Shown: one piece after another, positions 46,651 through 57,040 of the stretch
How positions within the stretch are numbered: position 1 is the first letter of the stretch
Layout: each line of letters opens with the position of its first letter
Source of the DNA: an uncultured Spirochaetaceae bacterium
Lineage (GTDB): Bacteria > Myxococcota_A > UBA9160 > UBA4427
Reading direction: 5' to 3'
DNA: 64,000 nt
Assembly (NCBI GenBank): GCA_964435795.1
Contig: CAYTAT010000003.1
Coordinates: 128,981-192,980, forward strand
The notes under the pieces: generated by a model
What the model was told of the DNA's origin: nothing
The model's input: only the letters and a program-made list of their open reading frames with translations
Database searches by the model: none
Translations under genes and position numbers: made by a program

Positions 46651-48126
46651 TCAGGAATCCGAGGGCCAGCCGATGAACTTGAGCTCCGTGTAGGCATGAA
46701 TGGCGTATAGACCGCCATCGCGTCCAATACCGCTCTGCTTATAACCGCCAAAGGGTGCATCGGGCCGTGGAGGACAACCATTGATCTGAACGGCTCCCGT
46801 CCGCAAGCGGCGTGCAACGCGTTCTGCACGTGCCCTGTCAAGGCTCCATACGTAGCCCGAAAGCCCGTAATCCGAAGCATTGGCCAGGGCGATCGCTTCC
46901 TCTTCATCCCGGAAGGGAATGGCGGTGATGACCGGACCAAAGATCTCCTCGCGTGCGACTTTCATCTCGTTGTCGGCATCGACGAAGAGCGTGGGCTCGA
47001 AATAATAGCCGCGCTCGGGCTGAGCGGGCCGCTTGCCCCCACAAGCCAATAGCGCACCTTCTTCGATCCCGGTGGCGACATGGCGCTCTACCTTGGCTCG
47101 CTGGGCCGCCGAAATCAGCGGCCCGACGACGACCCCCTGCTTGCGGGGATCGCCAATCTCGAGAGCGGCAGCGGCCTCGACCAGCTTCGAGCTGAACTCA
47201 CGGTAGATCGACTGCTCGACCAGCAAGCGGGTGGGCGCGGTACAGATCTGCCCCGAGTGGAACGTCCAGGGGCTGATGGAATTCCTCAGGGCTCGCTCCT
47301 GGTCGGAGTCGGCGAATACGAGATTCGCCGACTTGCCCCCGAGTTCCATCAGGCTGCGCTTCATCTGTGCGCCACAGGCCTGCTGAATATGACGGCCCAC
47401 GGCGGAACTGCCCGTGAAGGAGATCATGTCGACGTCGGGTGAGGCGACCAGCGCCTGACCGATATCCGCTTCCGAGCCACTCACGAAATTCAGGACCCCG
47501 GGGGGCAGGACGGAATCGAGGACGCGGCAGAATACGGCGACGGCCATCGGCGCGGCGGGTGGAGGTTTCACGACCACGGTATTTCCCAATGCCAACGCCG
47601 GGCCGACTTTCCCCGCACAATTGGCGAGTGGATTATTGAAGGGCGAAATGCATGCCACCACGCCCACCGGCTCCCGCAGCACCTCCCCCGCACCGCCCAC
47701 CCCCCGACCCGCTGCGCCAAGATCGATGTCGATGGGCTCCATGGGTGTCGTCATGGGAAGCCTCGCCAGGCTCGAATTGGTCTCGATCCGGGTGGCGGCC
47801 AGCTCGAGATGCAGATCTTTCGCAACCGCTTCGAGGGCGCCGGTCTCATCGATTGTAAGATCCAAGAGGCCGGGAATTTCCTCGCGAAATTTCTGTGCCG
47901 CTCGACACAATAGCGAGGCGCGCTCCTCTCCCTTCATGCGGGGCCATGGGCCCTGATCGAAAGCGCGCCGCGCGGCCCGGGCGGCTTCCTCGACCTCTTC
48001 TGTCGAACACTCTGCTGCGAAGCCCGCCACTTCCTCCGTCGCCGGATTGGTGATGGGGTAGTGACCATTGGCGGCCTCGCGCCAATGACCGTCGATCAGG
48101 ATCTTGTCAGAAGTCCTGGGGGACAT
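46651..48126 (-). CDS. NAD(P)-dependent aldehyde dehydrogenase
   Basis: ORF 46651..48126. Shows FTGSSAVGRHI, MELGGKSA, catalytic Cys in GQICTAP, and EEIFGPV. Confidence 0.9.
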   Translation of the reverse strand: MSPRTSDKILIDGHWREAANGHYPITNPATEEVAGFAAECSTEEVEEAARAARRAFDQGPWPRMKGEERASLLCRAAQKFREEIPGLLDLTIDETGALEAVAKDLHLELAATRIETNSSLARLPMTTPMEPIDIDLGAAGRGVGGAGEVLREPVGVVACISPFNNPLANCAGKVGPALALGNTVVVKPPPAAPMAVAVFCRVLDSVLPPGVLNFVSGSEADIGQALVASPDVDMISFTGSSAVGRHIQQACGAQMKRSLMELGGKSANLVFADSDQERALRNSISPWTFHSGQICTAPTRLLVEQSIYREFSSKLVEAAAALEIGDPRKQGVVVGPLISAAQRAKVERHVATGIEEGALLACGGKRPAQPERGYYFEPTLFVDADNEMKVAREEIFGPVITAIPFRDEEEAIALANASDYGLSGYVWSLDRARAERVARRLRTGAVQINGCPPRPDAPFGGYKQSGIGRDGGLYAIHAYTELKFIGWPSDS

Positions 48127-48291
48127 ATTCAGCCATCCGTATGCGTGAGTGGTTTGATAGAATAATCGTCGTGGAAGGAGCGGGCCTCGGCTCGTCGAGA
48201 AATGAATCCATGAGGAAGAGGCGTCCGGTTCTGAGTTCGATGGGATGAGCCTTCACTCGCAGCAATTGACACGACGATCGGGAGGAATTGC

Positions 48292-49440
48292 ATGAAGATA
48301 GAACATCCTTTCATTTCCTCGGATTCTCATGTAAATCCAGATCCGGCCATCTGGCGAGATCGGCTGCCCCGGAACCTGCGCAGCAGGGCTCCTCAAGTAG
48401 AGGACCGCGAAGACGGTCAATATGTGCTCTTCGAGGGTAGCGAACAGAAGATATCGGCCCTCTCGGATGCCGCGGGCAGAAAGCCCACGAAAATGAACGA
48501 TCCGGTCCGTAATGTCCGAAAGGAATTCAAGGCCGGCGGCTGGGACGCCGACGTGCGTCTCAGGGATATGGAGCGCGACAGCGTCGTGGCAGAAGTGCTC
48601 TATGGCGGCACCTATACTTTTCAGACCCCGGATCTTGACCTGCGCTTCGCACTCACCCGAGCCTATAACGATTGGCTCGCCGAACTCTGTGCCCACTGCC
48701 CCGAGCGCTTGATCGGCATTGCGGAAATCCCCAGCTGGGACATGGATCTGGCGATCTCAGAAGTCCTTCGCGCAAGGGAATTGGGCCATCGCGGCATATT
48801 GATCCCAGCGATTCCCACCCTCGAAGGGCCCTGGTCCACGCCTGCCGATCGGCCCTATACGGATCCCTTCTGGGAGCCGCTCTGGTCCGTCCTCGAGGAA
48901 ACGGAGATGTCGGCCAATATGCATCTCGGAACCCGTCCGATCACCCGGGGGCTGACGGAATCCAGCCTGCTGAGCCATATCGTATGCAATAAGGCGATGA
49001 TGGCGGAACCGATCACCAGCGTGATCTTCTCCGGCGCATTGGAGCGTCATCCCGGGCTGAAGCTGGTCTCCGTAGAGGGCGGAATCGGCTGGATGGCATT
49101 CGTGGTCGAATTCATGGATCGGATTTTTCAGCGCCATCGCGAATGGCAGAATTCTCCACTGAAGGAATTGCCGAGCCATTATTTCCATAGGCAGATCTAT
49201 GGAACCTTCATGGAGGATGTCGTGGGCCTGCGCGAGCGGGAGTTGATCGGCATAAAGAACATCATGTGGGCCAGCGACTACCCTCATGCCGACAGCACAT
49301 GGCCGAATTCCCGGAAATCTCTCGAGGAGCAGATGGAAGTGGCCGAGGTATCCGCTGAAGATGTCTATCGGATTGCCTTCGGCAACGCGGCGGATCTCTA
49401 TCGAATCAGTACCGATCTGATCTCATCAGCGGCGCAGTAG
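48292..49440 (+). CDS. amidohydrolase-2 family metal-dependent hydrolase/decarboxylase
   Basis: ORF 48292..49440. Shows ISSDSHVNPDPAIWRDRLP and MWASDYPHADS. Confidence 0.75.
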   Translation: MKIEHPFISSDSHVNPDPAIWRDRLPRNLRSRAPQVEDREDGQYVLFEGSEQKISALSDAAGRKPTKMNDPVRNVRKEFKAGGWDADVRLRDMERDSVVAEVLYGGTYTFQTPDLDLRFALTRAYNDWLAELCAHCPERLIGIAEIPSWDMDLAISEVLRARELGHRGILIPAIPTLEGPWSTPADRPYTDPFWEPLWSVLEETEMSANMHLGTRPITRGLTESSLLSHIVCNKAMMAEPITSVIFSGALERHPGLKLVSVEGGIGWMAFVVEFMDRIFQRHREWQNSPLKELPSHYFHRQIYGTFMEDVVGLRERELIGIKNIMWASDYPHADSTWPNSRKSLEEQMEVAEVSAEDVYRIAFGNAADLYRISTDLISSAAQ

Positions 49441-49442
49441 CG

Positions 49443-51197
49443 ATGTACGACCTGCTGATCATCAACGGTCTGGTCGTAGACGGTACCGGCCTGCCGCGTC
49501 GACGTGCCGATCTGGCAATCCGGAATGGACGCATCGTCGGCATGGGTCATTTCGATCGCGGGGAGGCCAGGGATGTCATCGATGCCGAGGGGCGAATCGT
49601 GGCTCCCGGCATCGTGGACCCCCATACGCATTACGATCCCCAGCTGACCTTCGAACCCTATGGCACCTCTTCCTGTTATCACGGTGTGACGACCGTGGCA
49701 GCGGGAAACTGCGGCTTCTCGATCGCGCCCACCCGCGCAGATGATCGCGAATTCATCACCCGGATCTTCGCACGCGTAGAAGACATGAGCCCTCGCTCGC
49801 TGCAGGGGATTCCCTGGGGATTCGAGAGCTTCCCCGAGTACCTGGACACACTCAGGGGGAAGATTGGCATCAACGCCGCATCCTATATCGGCCACTGCAA
49901 TATTCGGCGCTGGGTCATGGGTGAACACGCCTACGAGCGCGGGGCGACAGATGAAGAAATCGTGCAAATGCGCGACATGCTCCGAAAGGCGATGGAGGCG
50001 GGGGCAGCCGGACTCTCATCCACCCATGCACCGACACATCTGGACACCCTGGGGCGTCCCGTGCCGAGCCGTCTGTCTTCCAAGGAAGAACTCGCCAGCC
50101 TGGTGGCTGAAGTCGGAAGATATAATGCGGGCTCGATCTCCTATCTGCCCCATAGTGCCATCGGCGGCCTCGATGAAGAAGACGGCGACTTCCTGATTCA
50201 GTTGGCGTTGGGAAGCCGATTGCCCGTCATCATTCAGGGACTGGGTGCGCGCAGCAAGGTCGATGCCCCGACCGCCACCTGGGAGCTTTCGGAAATCTAC
50301 CTCGAGAAGGCGCGAGAGCAGGGTGCCGGGGTGTATTCGCTGCTGATGGCGGCGCCCTTCAATCGTCGTTTCAGCCTCGCCGAAGGCACCAGCCTCTATG
50401 AGGGCGTCTTCGAATTCGATCGCCTCTTCAGCGAAGCCCGGAGCGTGGAGGAACGGATCGCCATGCTGGGAGATTCGAATTACCGCGATGCCATCCGTCA
50501 CGCGGTCGAAAATCCCAATCGGGACGCTTCCCTGGGCTCGACCCTTCCTCCCCCCCATTTCGAAAGCCTCGAGGTTCATCGCTGCTCGCGCGAGGAAAAC
50601 AAGGTCTATATCGGGCGCTCACTCGCGGACGCGGCCCGGGAGCGAAAGCTGGCGCCAATGGACCTGATGCTCGAAATCGCCCTATCCGAGAACCTCGAGG
50701 TCGAATTCGCCTGGCGGACCGAGAGTGACGCCTGGCGAGAAGGCACGCTGAAAGCGTCCTTGCATCCGCATATGATCATTGGCACTTCGGATGGAGGAGC
50801 ACACCTCGGGCGAGACGATGGTTCGGCCTATAGCTCGTATTTCCTCGCCAATTGGGTGCGGGAATGGGGCAAATGGCCGCTGGAGGAGGCCATTCGGCAA
50901 CTCACTCAACGACCCGCCGCGCTCCTGGGCATCTGGGATCGCGGCCTGCTGCTGCCCGGATATGCCGCGGATCTCTTCATCTTCGATCCCGATACCATCG
51001 GGCCGGGAAGCAAGAATTTCGTGCATGACTTTCCCAACGGCGAGGGGCGCTGGACGACTCGGCCGGAGGGCATCCACGCCACCATCGTCAATGGGGTTCC
51101 GATCGTAATCGACGGGAATCTGCTCGAGGATTGCGGATTGCCGGGCCAGCTCGTGCGCCCCGGAATGCCCCGATCCACTCCCCACCCCCCGGACTGA
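49443..51197 (+). CDS. D-aminoacylase-type amidohydrolase (N-acyl-D-amino-acid deacylase family)
   Basis: ORF 49443..51197. Shows MYDLLIINGLVVDGTG, APGIVDPHTHYD and GTSDGGAH. Confidence 0.8.
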   Translation: MYDLLIINGLVVDGTGLPRRRADLAIRNGRIVGMGHFDRGEARDVIDAEGRIVAPGIVDPHTHYDPQLTFEPYGTSSCYHGVTTVAAGNCGFSIAPTRADDREFITRIFARVEDMSPRSLQGIPWGFESFPEYLDTLRGKIGINAASYIGHCNIRRWVMGEHAYERGATDEEIVQMRDMLRKAMEAGAAGLSSTHAPTHLDTLGRPVPSRLSSKEELASLVAEVGRYNAGSISYLPHSAIGGLDEEDGDFLIQLALGSRLPVIIQGLGARSKVDAPTATWELSEIYLEKAREQGAGVYSLLMAAPFNRRFSLAEGTSLYEGVFEFDRLFSEARSVEERIAMLGDSNYRDAIRHAVENPNRDASLGSTLPPPHFESLEVHRCSREENKVYIGRSLADAARERKLAPMDLMLEIALSENLEVEFAWRTESDAWREGTLKASLHPHMIIGTSDGGAHLGRDDGSAYSSYFLANWVREWGKWPLEEAIRQLTQRPAALLGIWDRGLLLPGYAADLFIFDPDTIGPGSKNFVHDFPNGEGRWTTRPEGIHATIVNGVPIVIDGNLLEDCGLPGQLVRPGMPRSTPHPPD

Positions 51198-51231
51198 AAG
51201 CCGATGAGGGGACGGGGCGGCGGCTCGACCC

Positions 51232-52032
51232 TCAATGCGGAATCGTCGCTCCCCCATTCGCACGCCAGATCTGGCCGGTGCAAAAACGCGAGGCATCCGA
51301 AGCCAGGTAGAGAACCAGCCAGGCCTGATCGATCGCTTCCCCCACGAGTCCCAGGGGCGATGCCTTCTGCATGCTCTCCACGAAAGCGTCGAGACGTTGT
51401 TGATCGATACTTCCGTCCGCCCGCTTCAGATGCCGCTGCGTGAACTCGGTCAGCGTAACACCCGGAGCCAAAGCGTTGACCCGAATTCCCTGGGCGCCGA
51501 CCTCGACGGCGAGGGTCTGGGTAAGCTGGGTCACGGCGGCTTTCGTCAGCGCGTAGAGCCCGTAATTGGGAACGGCCAGGTCGATCGCCCCCGAGGCAAC
51601 GTTGATGATGCTGCCGCCCCGCGAGCCCATCGCCGCGATGGCGGCCTGACAACCGAAGAGCGTTCCCTTGACGTTGATCCCCACCACGCGATCGAATTCG
51701 GCCTCATCCAATTCGCCCAATGGACCGTCCGTCGGAATCCCGGCCACATTGCATAGGATATCGAGCCCACCCCATTCCCCTACGGCGCACTCCACCAGGG
51801 CCTCGACTTCCGAGCGCTGGGAAATATCCGCTTTCATAGCCAGCGCATCGCCGCCCAGCGCCTGGATTCCGGCGGCAACTTCGCCAGCACCTGGGAGGTC
51901 CACATCCCCCAGGACGACCCGCGCACCGGCGCTTGCCAATACTTCGGCGACGGATCGCCCGATTCCGCTTGCCGCCCCGGTCACCACGGCGACACGAGCG
52001 TCGAGTCCAAAAGCCTCTCGAATATCATGCAC
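51232..52032 (-). CDS. SDR family oxidoreductase
   Basis: ORF 51232..52491 trimmed to GTG 52032, with GGAGG 6 nt upstream. Shows VTGAASGIGRS, NVASG and YALTKAA (YxxxK). Confidence 0.85.
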   Translation of the reverse strand: MHDIREAFGLDARVAVVTGAASGIGRSVAEVLASAGARVVLGDVDLPGAGEVAAGIQALGGDALAMKADISQRSEVEALVECAVGEWGGLDILCNVAGIPTDGPLGELDEAEFDRVVGINVKGTLFGCQAAIAAMGSRGGSIINVASGAIDLAVPNYGLYALTKAAVTQLTQTLAVEVGAQGIRVNALAPGVTLTEFTQRHLKRADGSIDQQRLDAFVESMQKASPLGLVGEAIDQAWLVLYLASDASRFCTGQIWRANGGATIPH

Positions 52033-52233
52033 GGGTGGCCTCCATTCCTTTGGCCGCAGCCTCGGTTCTTCCCCTTCCGAAGTTTCGCCCCCGGAAGATT
52101 CCCCGCTTCCTACGTTAGCCCGAGAGCTTCTCCGGGCCAGCGCCGAGGGAGTCGGAACTCCCGGCTGCTCGCGATCCCATCGGAATGCGAAGAAAGGCCG
52201 GGAATCGGGCTCAGGGCATGATAACTTTCGAGC

Positions 52234-53508
52234 ATGGTGGAAACCGAAAATAAAGGCGATCCTCGGCACGCCCTGGCCGGCACCGTAGGCAACATCCTGG
52301 AGTGGTATGATTTTGCGGTCTACGGCTTTCTGGCCCCGATCATCGGTCCGCTCTTCTTTCCGGAAGACGACACCATGGCGGGCCTGATCAAGACCTACGG
52401 GATTTTCGCCGCCGGCTATCTGATGCGCCCGGTTGGCGGGATCGTCTTCGGTCATGTGGGGGATCGCATGGGCCGGAAGAAGGCGCTCCAATTGTCGATC
52501 GCGATGATGGCCATCCCGACGGTTTTGGTGGGCCTGCTGCCGGTCTATGCACAGATCGGCCCCATGGCTGCATTGCTGCTGATCGTGCTTCGCCTGCTAC
52601 AGGGCATTTCTGTCGGCGGCGAACTGATCGGCTCCATGTCCTACCTGGTAGAAACGGCACCCCCCGGCCGTCGGGGATTGAACGGCAGCTGGTCGGTATG
52701 CGGTGGAGTGGCGGGAATCCTCCTGGGCTCCCTCGTTGCCACCCTGCTCAATAATCTGCTCAGCCCCTCGGCGATGAATGACTGGGGCTGGAGAGTGCCC
52801 TTTCTCTCTGGAGTCGTGATCTTTGCCATCGGCAGCTGGCTACGCCGTAGCCTGGTGGAGTCTCCCGACTTCACCGCCGCCAGCGCCGCCGGGAAGATCT
52901 CTGCGAATCCGCTTGCCAGCGTGCTGCGTGAGATGCCGATGCGCGTCCTGCATATGTCCAGCAGCATTCTCCTTTTTGCGACCAGCTTCTACGTGCTTTT
53001 CGTATGGATGCCCACCTACCTGACGGATATCGTCTCGCCAGCCGTAGATCACGCCCTGCTGGTGAACACCTTGTCGATGTGCCTGCTGCTGATTTTCATT
53101 CCGGCATCGGGCCATCTCTCGGATTCCCTGGGCCGCAAGAAAGTCATGCTCACGGCCAGTGCAGCCCTCGGACTGCTCGTCTATCCGCTTTTCATCATCC
53201 TCGACCAGGGCGTGATGCTCATGGCCCTGGGGATCCAGGCGATCTTCGCCGTGCTGGTGGGATCCATTCAGGGGCCCCTGCCCGCATTCCTGGTGGAGAG
53301 CTTCCCACCCCAGAGTCGCTATACGGCCATCGGTCTGAGCTACAACATCACCCTGGCGATCTTCGGCGGTACCGCACCCCTCCTCTGTACCTGGCTGATC
53401 CGCGAAACCGGAGACCTGGCCTCTCCTGCCCTTTACCTGGTCGTCCTGGCCGCGATCAGCATCCTCAGCATGGCACTCTTCAAGCCGGAGAAGAAAAGCG
53501 CCTGCTAG
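52234..53508 (+). CDS. MFS transporter, metabolite:H+ symporter (MHS) type
   Basis: ORF 52234..53508. Shows GNILEWYDFAVYGFLAPIIG and GHVGDRMGRKKAL. Confidence 0.85.
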   Translation: MVETENKGDPRHALAGTVGNILEWYDFAVYGFLAPIIGPLFFPEDDTMAGLIKTYGIFAAGYLMRPVGGIVFGHVGDRMGRKKALQLSIAMMAIPTVLVGLLPVYAQIGPMAALLLIVLRLLQGISVGGELIGSMSYLVETAPPGRRGLNGSWSVCGGVAGILLGSLVATLLNNLLSPSAMNDWGWRVPFLSGVVIFAIGSWLRRSLVESPDFTAASAAGKISANPLASVLREMPMRVLHMSSSILLFATSFYVLFVWMPTYLTDIVSPAVDHALLVNTLSMCLLLIFIPASGHLSDSLGRKKVMLTASAALGLLVYPLFIILDQGVMLMALGIQAIFAVLVGSIQGPLPAFLVESFPPQSRYTAIGLSYNITLAIFGGTAPLLCTWLIRETGDLASPALYLVVLAAISILSMALFKPEKKSAC

Positions 53509-53557
53509 CGCTTTAGCATGCGTCTCGATCCTCGACGGCGTGAATCCCCGAAGTGCC

Positions 53558-55114
53558 TCAGCAGTGGTTGGTCAATTTCCGCTGGTCCTTATGCCGAAGT
53601 TGCCTGGTATCGAAGCCATGGAGAGCGGAGAAATCCACTGCGTCGAGGAATTTAAAGGTCTCCCGGAATGAATCGAGCAGATGGTCGGCCATGACGCGGG
53701 TCAGGTTGCTCTTGACCACGATGCGAAACATCGTGCGATCTTCGCTCTCATCAGAAAAGAGGGGAATCGTCTCCTCGCTGATGGGATGGTTCAAGGACAT
53801 CTTGTAGCCGCCGACATACCAGTGGTGCTGGGAAAGCGCATTCTGCAGATCGATGTCGTCATAGGTGAAGCCGCAATCGGGATTCAACGCCGCGGCAACT
53901 ACGGGCAGTGCAGCATCGTCTCCGTGGTCGAGGAAGACGAAGCGCGGCTTGCCCTCGAAGGTCATTTTCTTCAGCCCATCCCGAATGTATTTGGCATTGC
54001 TCATCATATTGTCGCAAACCTGTTGATAGCCACTGAGCCCATAGCGCATCAGCTTGAAGTACTGCAGGTAGACCCCGCTGGCGGGGCGGGAAAAGTTGAG
54101 CGTATAGGATTCCGCATTGCCGCCGAGGTAGGTGACGGAAATCGCGACATGCTCGCTCAATCCTTTTCGCTCCCGCCAGACGACCCAACCCGTACCACAG
54201 CAGGATTCACCATATTTATGCCCGCTCGATGAGATCGAGAGCACGTTCTCCAGGCGAAAATCCCATGGCGGCAGATCCTGGAAGGGGGCGATGAAGCCCC
54301 CGGAAGCCCCATCCACATGGATACCGACCTGGAATCCCCGTTCGCGGTTGATCTCGGTCAGCACTTTGTCGACTTCCCAAACCGGGTCGTAGTGGCCGCC
54401 GTAGTGGTTGCCCATGATGCAGACCACGCCCAGGGTATGCTCGTCGACGGCTTCACGGATCTGCTCCGGGTCGAGGGTAAATCGATCCCGAGCCGGGAAG
54501 ATCAATCGGGGCTCGATATCCATATACTTGAAGAGCTTTTCCCAGGCCGCCTGAAAACAGGAGGAAATCACCAGGTTGGGGCGGATGGAGAGCACCTCTT
54601 CTTCGCTCTTGCCAGTGCGTTCCCCATACCACTTCCGCCAACGGAATTTGAGCGCCAGGCCCGAGAGAAGACAGGCTTCCGTCGAACCCACGGTACCAGC
54701 CCCCGCGAAGACTCCGTATTCATCAAAATCCTCGGGCTCCTGACAATGCCAGAGGCGAGCGATCATATTCACGACCGAATCGTGCATCTTATAGGATTGG
54801 GGGTAGACGGTCTGGTCGGCGAGGTTGACCCGCAACCCCATCAGCACCACATCCTCCTCCTCTTTTTCGAATTCGACGTTCACGTAGGAGGAGGTATTCA
54901 GTCTCTGGTCGAAATCCACACTATGATTGTCTGCGACCAGCGCCCGGGCGGAGTCGGCGGGCATCCCATTTCGGGGAATCATACCGGCCATCGTATTCGA
55001 CTCGGTCTGCGCCTTCGAGAAATAATAACTGCTCTCGCTCTCCTCCAATGCCCGCTGCAGTTGAGCGCGCAAACTATCGACTTCTGCCCTGAGCTTCTCG
55101 ACTTCGCTAGCCAT
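53558..55114 (-). CDS. glutamate decarboxylase-like PLP-dependent decarboxylase (group II)
   Basis: ORF 53558..55114. GTVGSTEACLLSGLALKFRWRKW and SISSSGHKYGESCCGTGWVVWR align by eye with E. coli GadB ([39 protein letters not shown]). Confidence 0.85.
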   Translation of the reverse strand: MASEVEKLRAEVDSLRAQLQRALEESESSYYFSKAQTESNTMAGMIPRNGMPADSARALVADNHSVDFDQRLNTSSYVNVEFEKEEEDVVLMGLRVNLADQTVYPQSYKMHDSVVNMIARLWHCQEPEDFDEYGVFAGAGTVGSTEACLLSGLALKFRWRKWYGERTGKSEEEVLSIRPNLVISSCFQAAWEKLFKYMDIEPRLIFPARDRFTLDPEQIREAVDEHTLGVVCIMGNHYGGHYDPVWEVDKVLTEINRERGFQVGIHVDGASGGFIAPFQDLPPWDFRLENVLSISSSGHKYGESCCGTGWVVWRERKGLSEHVAISVTYLGGNAESYTLNFSRPASGVYLQYFKLMRYGLSGYQQVCDNMMSNAKYIRDGLKKMTFEGKPRFVFLDHGDDAALPVVAAALNPDCGFTYDDIDLQNALSQHHWYVGGYKMSLNHPISEETIPLFSDESEDRTMFRIVVKSNLTRVMADHLLDSFRETFKFLDAVDFSALHGFDTRQLRHKDQRKLTNHC

Positions 55115-55490
55115 GGGTCCCCATCTCCTCTATCCGTGCATTCCTGGATTTCCGCCACGCCAGTGTCCACTGAGAACGCTCAGCGAATTCAGAGGATGCG
55201 GTCTTTTGGGGCCTCCGGGTACCCCGCTCATCGGGAAAGAGCCGGCCTTCGGGAACAATGAAACGCCGGGATCGGGGGGGGGCAATGGAATGGAGCCGAC
55301 ATCCGACCTCCCGCCCGACCCGGGGCTTCCACGTCGATCGGCCTCCCCTGGGGCCCAGCGGGGCCGGTCGGGACATCTCACGGGCTGAGCCGAGATCGAC
55401 GGATTTGCTGGGGAGGGGGTGGGACGCGAGGCGCCGCTCGCCCGGAGAGGGTGCGCATCCCCCATTTCCCCGACCCCATCACCCCCTTTC

Positions 55491-55560
55491 GCCAACCGCA
55501 TGCCCCTTGGCCAACCGCGCATGCCCCTTGGCCAACCGCGCATGCCCCTTGGCCAACCGC
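55491..55560. repeat. tandem repeat, 21 bp x 3.3 (GCCAACCGCGCATGCCCCTTG)
   Basis: Copies at 55491-55509 (19 nt, lacks GC), 55510-55530 and 55531-55551, plus a partial copy at 55552-55560. Unit junctions create TTGGCCAA and unit centres contain GCATGC. Confidence 0.95.
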
Positions 55561-55757
55561 AGCGGGGAGAAGGCAAAACCCACGTCGCGGGTAAAGAATC
55601 GCTCGGATCCGGATCCGCCAACTTGCGTCGAGAGGCTGACTCCAGGGCCTTTTCGGGTTAGCGTCAGATACAATCCCGTCGGCAATAGGGAGTGCTGCGC
55701 GAGCCGCACTGCTCCCTTGAGGCACACCCCTATTTCCGATCAAACCCGGGAGTTGCA

Positions 55758-57026
55758 ATGGGGGATGACCGAACGGTGATGACCATTCACGATGGACAGC
55801 CGGCAAGCGGAAGGTATAGGAGGGACTGGACGATTCCCTGTCTGGTCGCCCTCGCCCTCCTGCCGGGTTGCGAGTCGCCCGAGCCCAGGAAGAAGGAAGT
55901 TCCCGAAGTCGTCGTCGTCGATGTCGAGCAGAGGGATGTCCCGATTCACGCCGACTGGATCGGCACCACCGAAGGCTATAACAACGCCACCATCCGCCCC
56001 CAGGTCCGGGGATACCTGCTCGCGATCGACTACCCCCAGGGCACGTTGGTGAAATCCGGCCAATCACTCTTCCGGATCGATCCCCGGGAATTCCAGGCGC
56101 AAGTGAATAGTGCCAAGGGCCAGCTCGGTGAGGCCAAGGCGAATCTGGCCAAGAGCAAGACCCACGTCACGCGTTATAAGCCCCTGGCCAAAGAAGGGGC
56201 CATCAGCGAGCAGGAACTCGATGATGCGGTACAGAATATGCTCGCCGCCGAAGCCAGTCTCCTGACCGCCCAGGCGCACGTCGAGCAGGCGGAACTCAAC
56301 CTCGCCTGGACGACGATCGCTTCACCCATCCAGGGCGTGGCGGGCATCTCCAAGGCCCAGGTGGGCGATCTCGTGACACCCGAAACTCCGCTCGCCACTG
56401 TCTCCCAACTCGATCCCATCAAGGTCAATTTTCCGATCAGCGAGAAGGCCTACCTCGAGGTGGTCCGCAATACCGGCGGATCTTCGGCCGAGGGGCGCCT
56501 GGCTTCGGCCGGCCCCATCCTCGAACTCTTCCTGGCCGATGAATCCGCCTGGCCAGAACGAGGTACGCCCTTCGTGCTGGGAAGAAATGTCGATGCACGA
56601 ACGGGGACCATCGTGATCGAAGGACGCTTTCCGAACCCCCATAACGTCCTTCGGCCGGGGCAGTTCGCAAGAGTTCGGATTCACGTGGGCAACCGGGATA
56701 ACGCACTCCTCATCCCCCAACGAGCCGTCGAAGAAATCCAGGGGAAATTCCTGGTCGCCGTGGTCTCCCAGGAGGATGTCGTGGACGTTCGGGCGGTGGA
56801 GGTGGGAGATACGGTCGGAACGGATTGGATCATCAGCAAGGGAATCGAGGCCGGGGAGAGGGTCGTGGTCGAGGGACTCCAAAAAGTGCGAACGGGGATG
56901 AAGGTGAAAACCCGAACGAAGAAGAGCGATCCGGGGCAGAAAAAGTCCGCACCCGGCAGCCCGAACCCAGCCGGAGCATCGGATGCCCGGCCGAAATCCG
57001 CATCGCCTGAACCGAAGAAGAACTGA
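55758..57026 (+). CDS. RND efflux periplasmic adaptor (MFP) lipoprotein
   Basis: ORF 55692..57026 trimmed to ATG 55758, with GGGAG upstream. Lipobox LALLPGC. HlyD/AcrA-like IRPQVRGYL, coiled coil and beta-barrel segments. Confidence 0.9.
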   Translation: MGDDRTVMTIHDGQPASGRYRRDWTIPCLVALALLPGCESPEPRKKEVPEVVVVDVEQRDVPIHADWIGTTEGYNNATIRPQVRGYLLAIDYPQGTLVKSGQSLFRIDPREFQAQVNSAKGQLGEAKANLAKSKTHVTRYKPLAKEGAISEQELDDAVQNMLAAEASLLTAQAHVEQAELNLAWTTIASPIQGVAGISKAQVGDLVTPETPLATVSQLDPIKVNFPISEKAYLEVVRNTGGSSAEGRLASAGPILELFLADESAWPERGTPFVLGRNVDARTGTIVIEGRFPNPHNVLRPGQFARVRIHVGNRDNALLIPQRAVEEIQGKFLVAVVSQEDVVDVRAVEVGDTVGTDWIISKGIEAGERVVVEGLQKVRTGMKVKTRTKKSDPGQKKSAPGSPNPAGASDARPKSASPEPKKN

Positions 57027-57040
57027 TCGAAGCCGACTCC

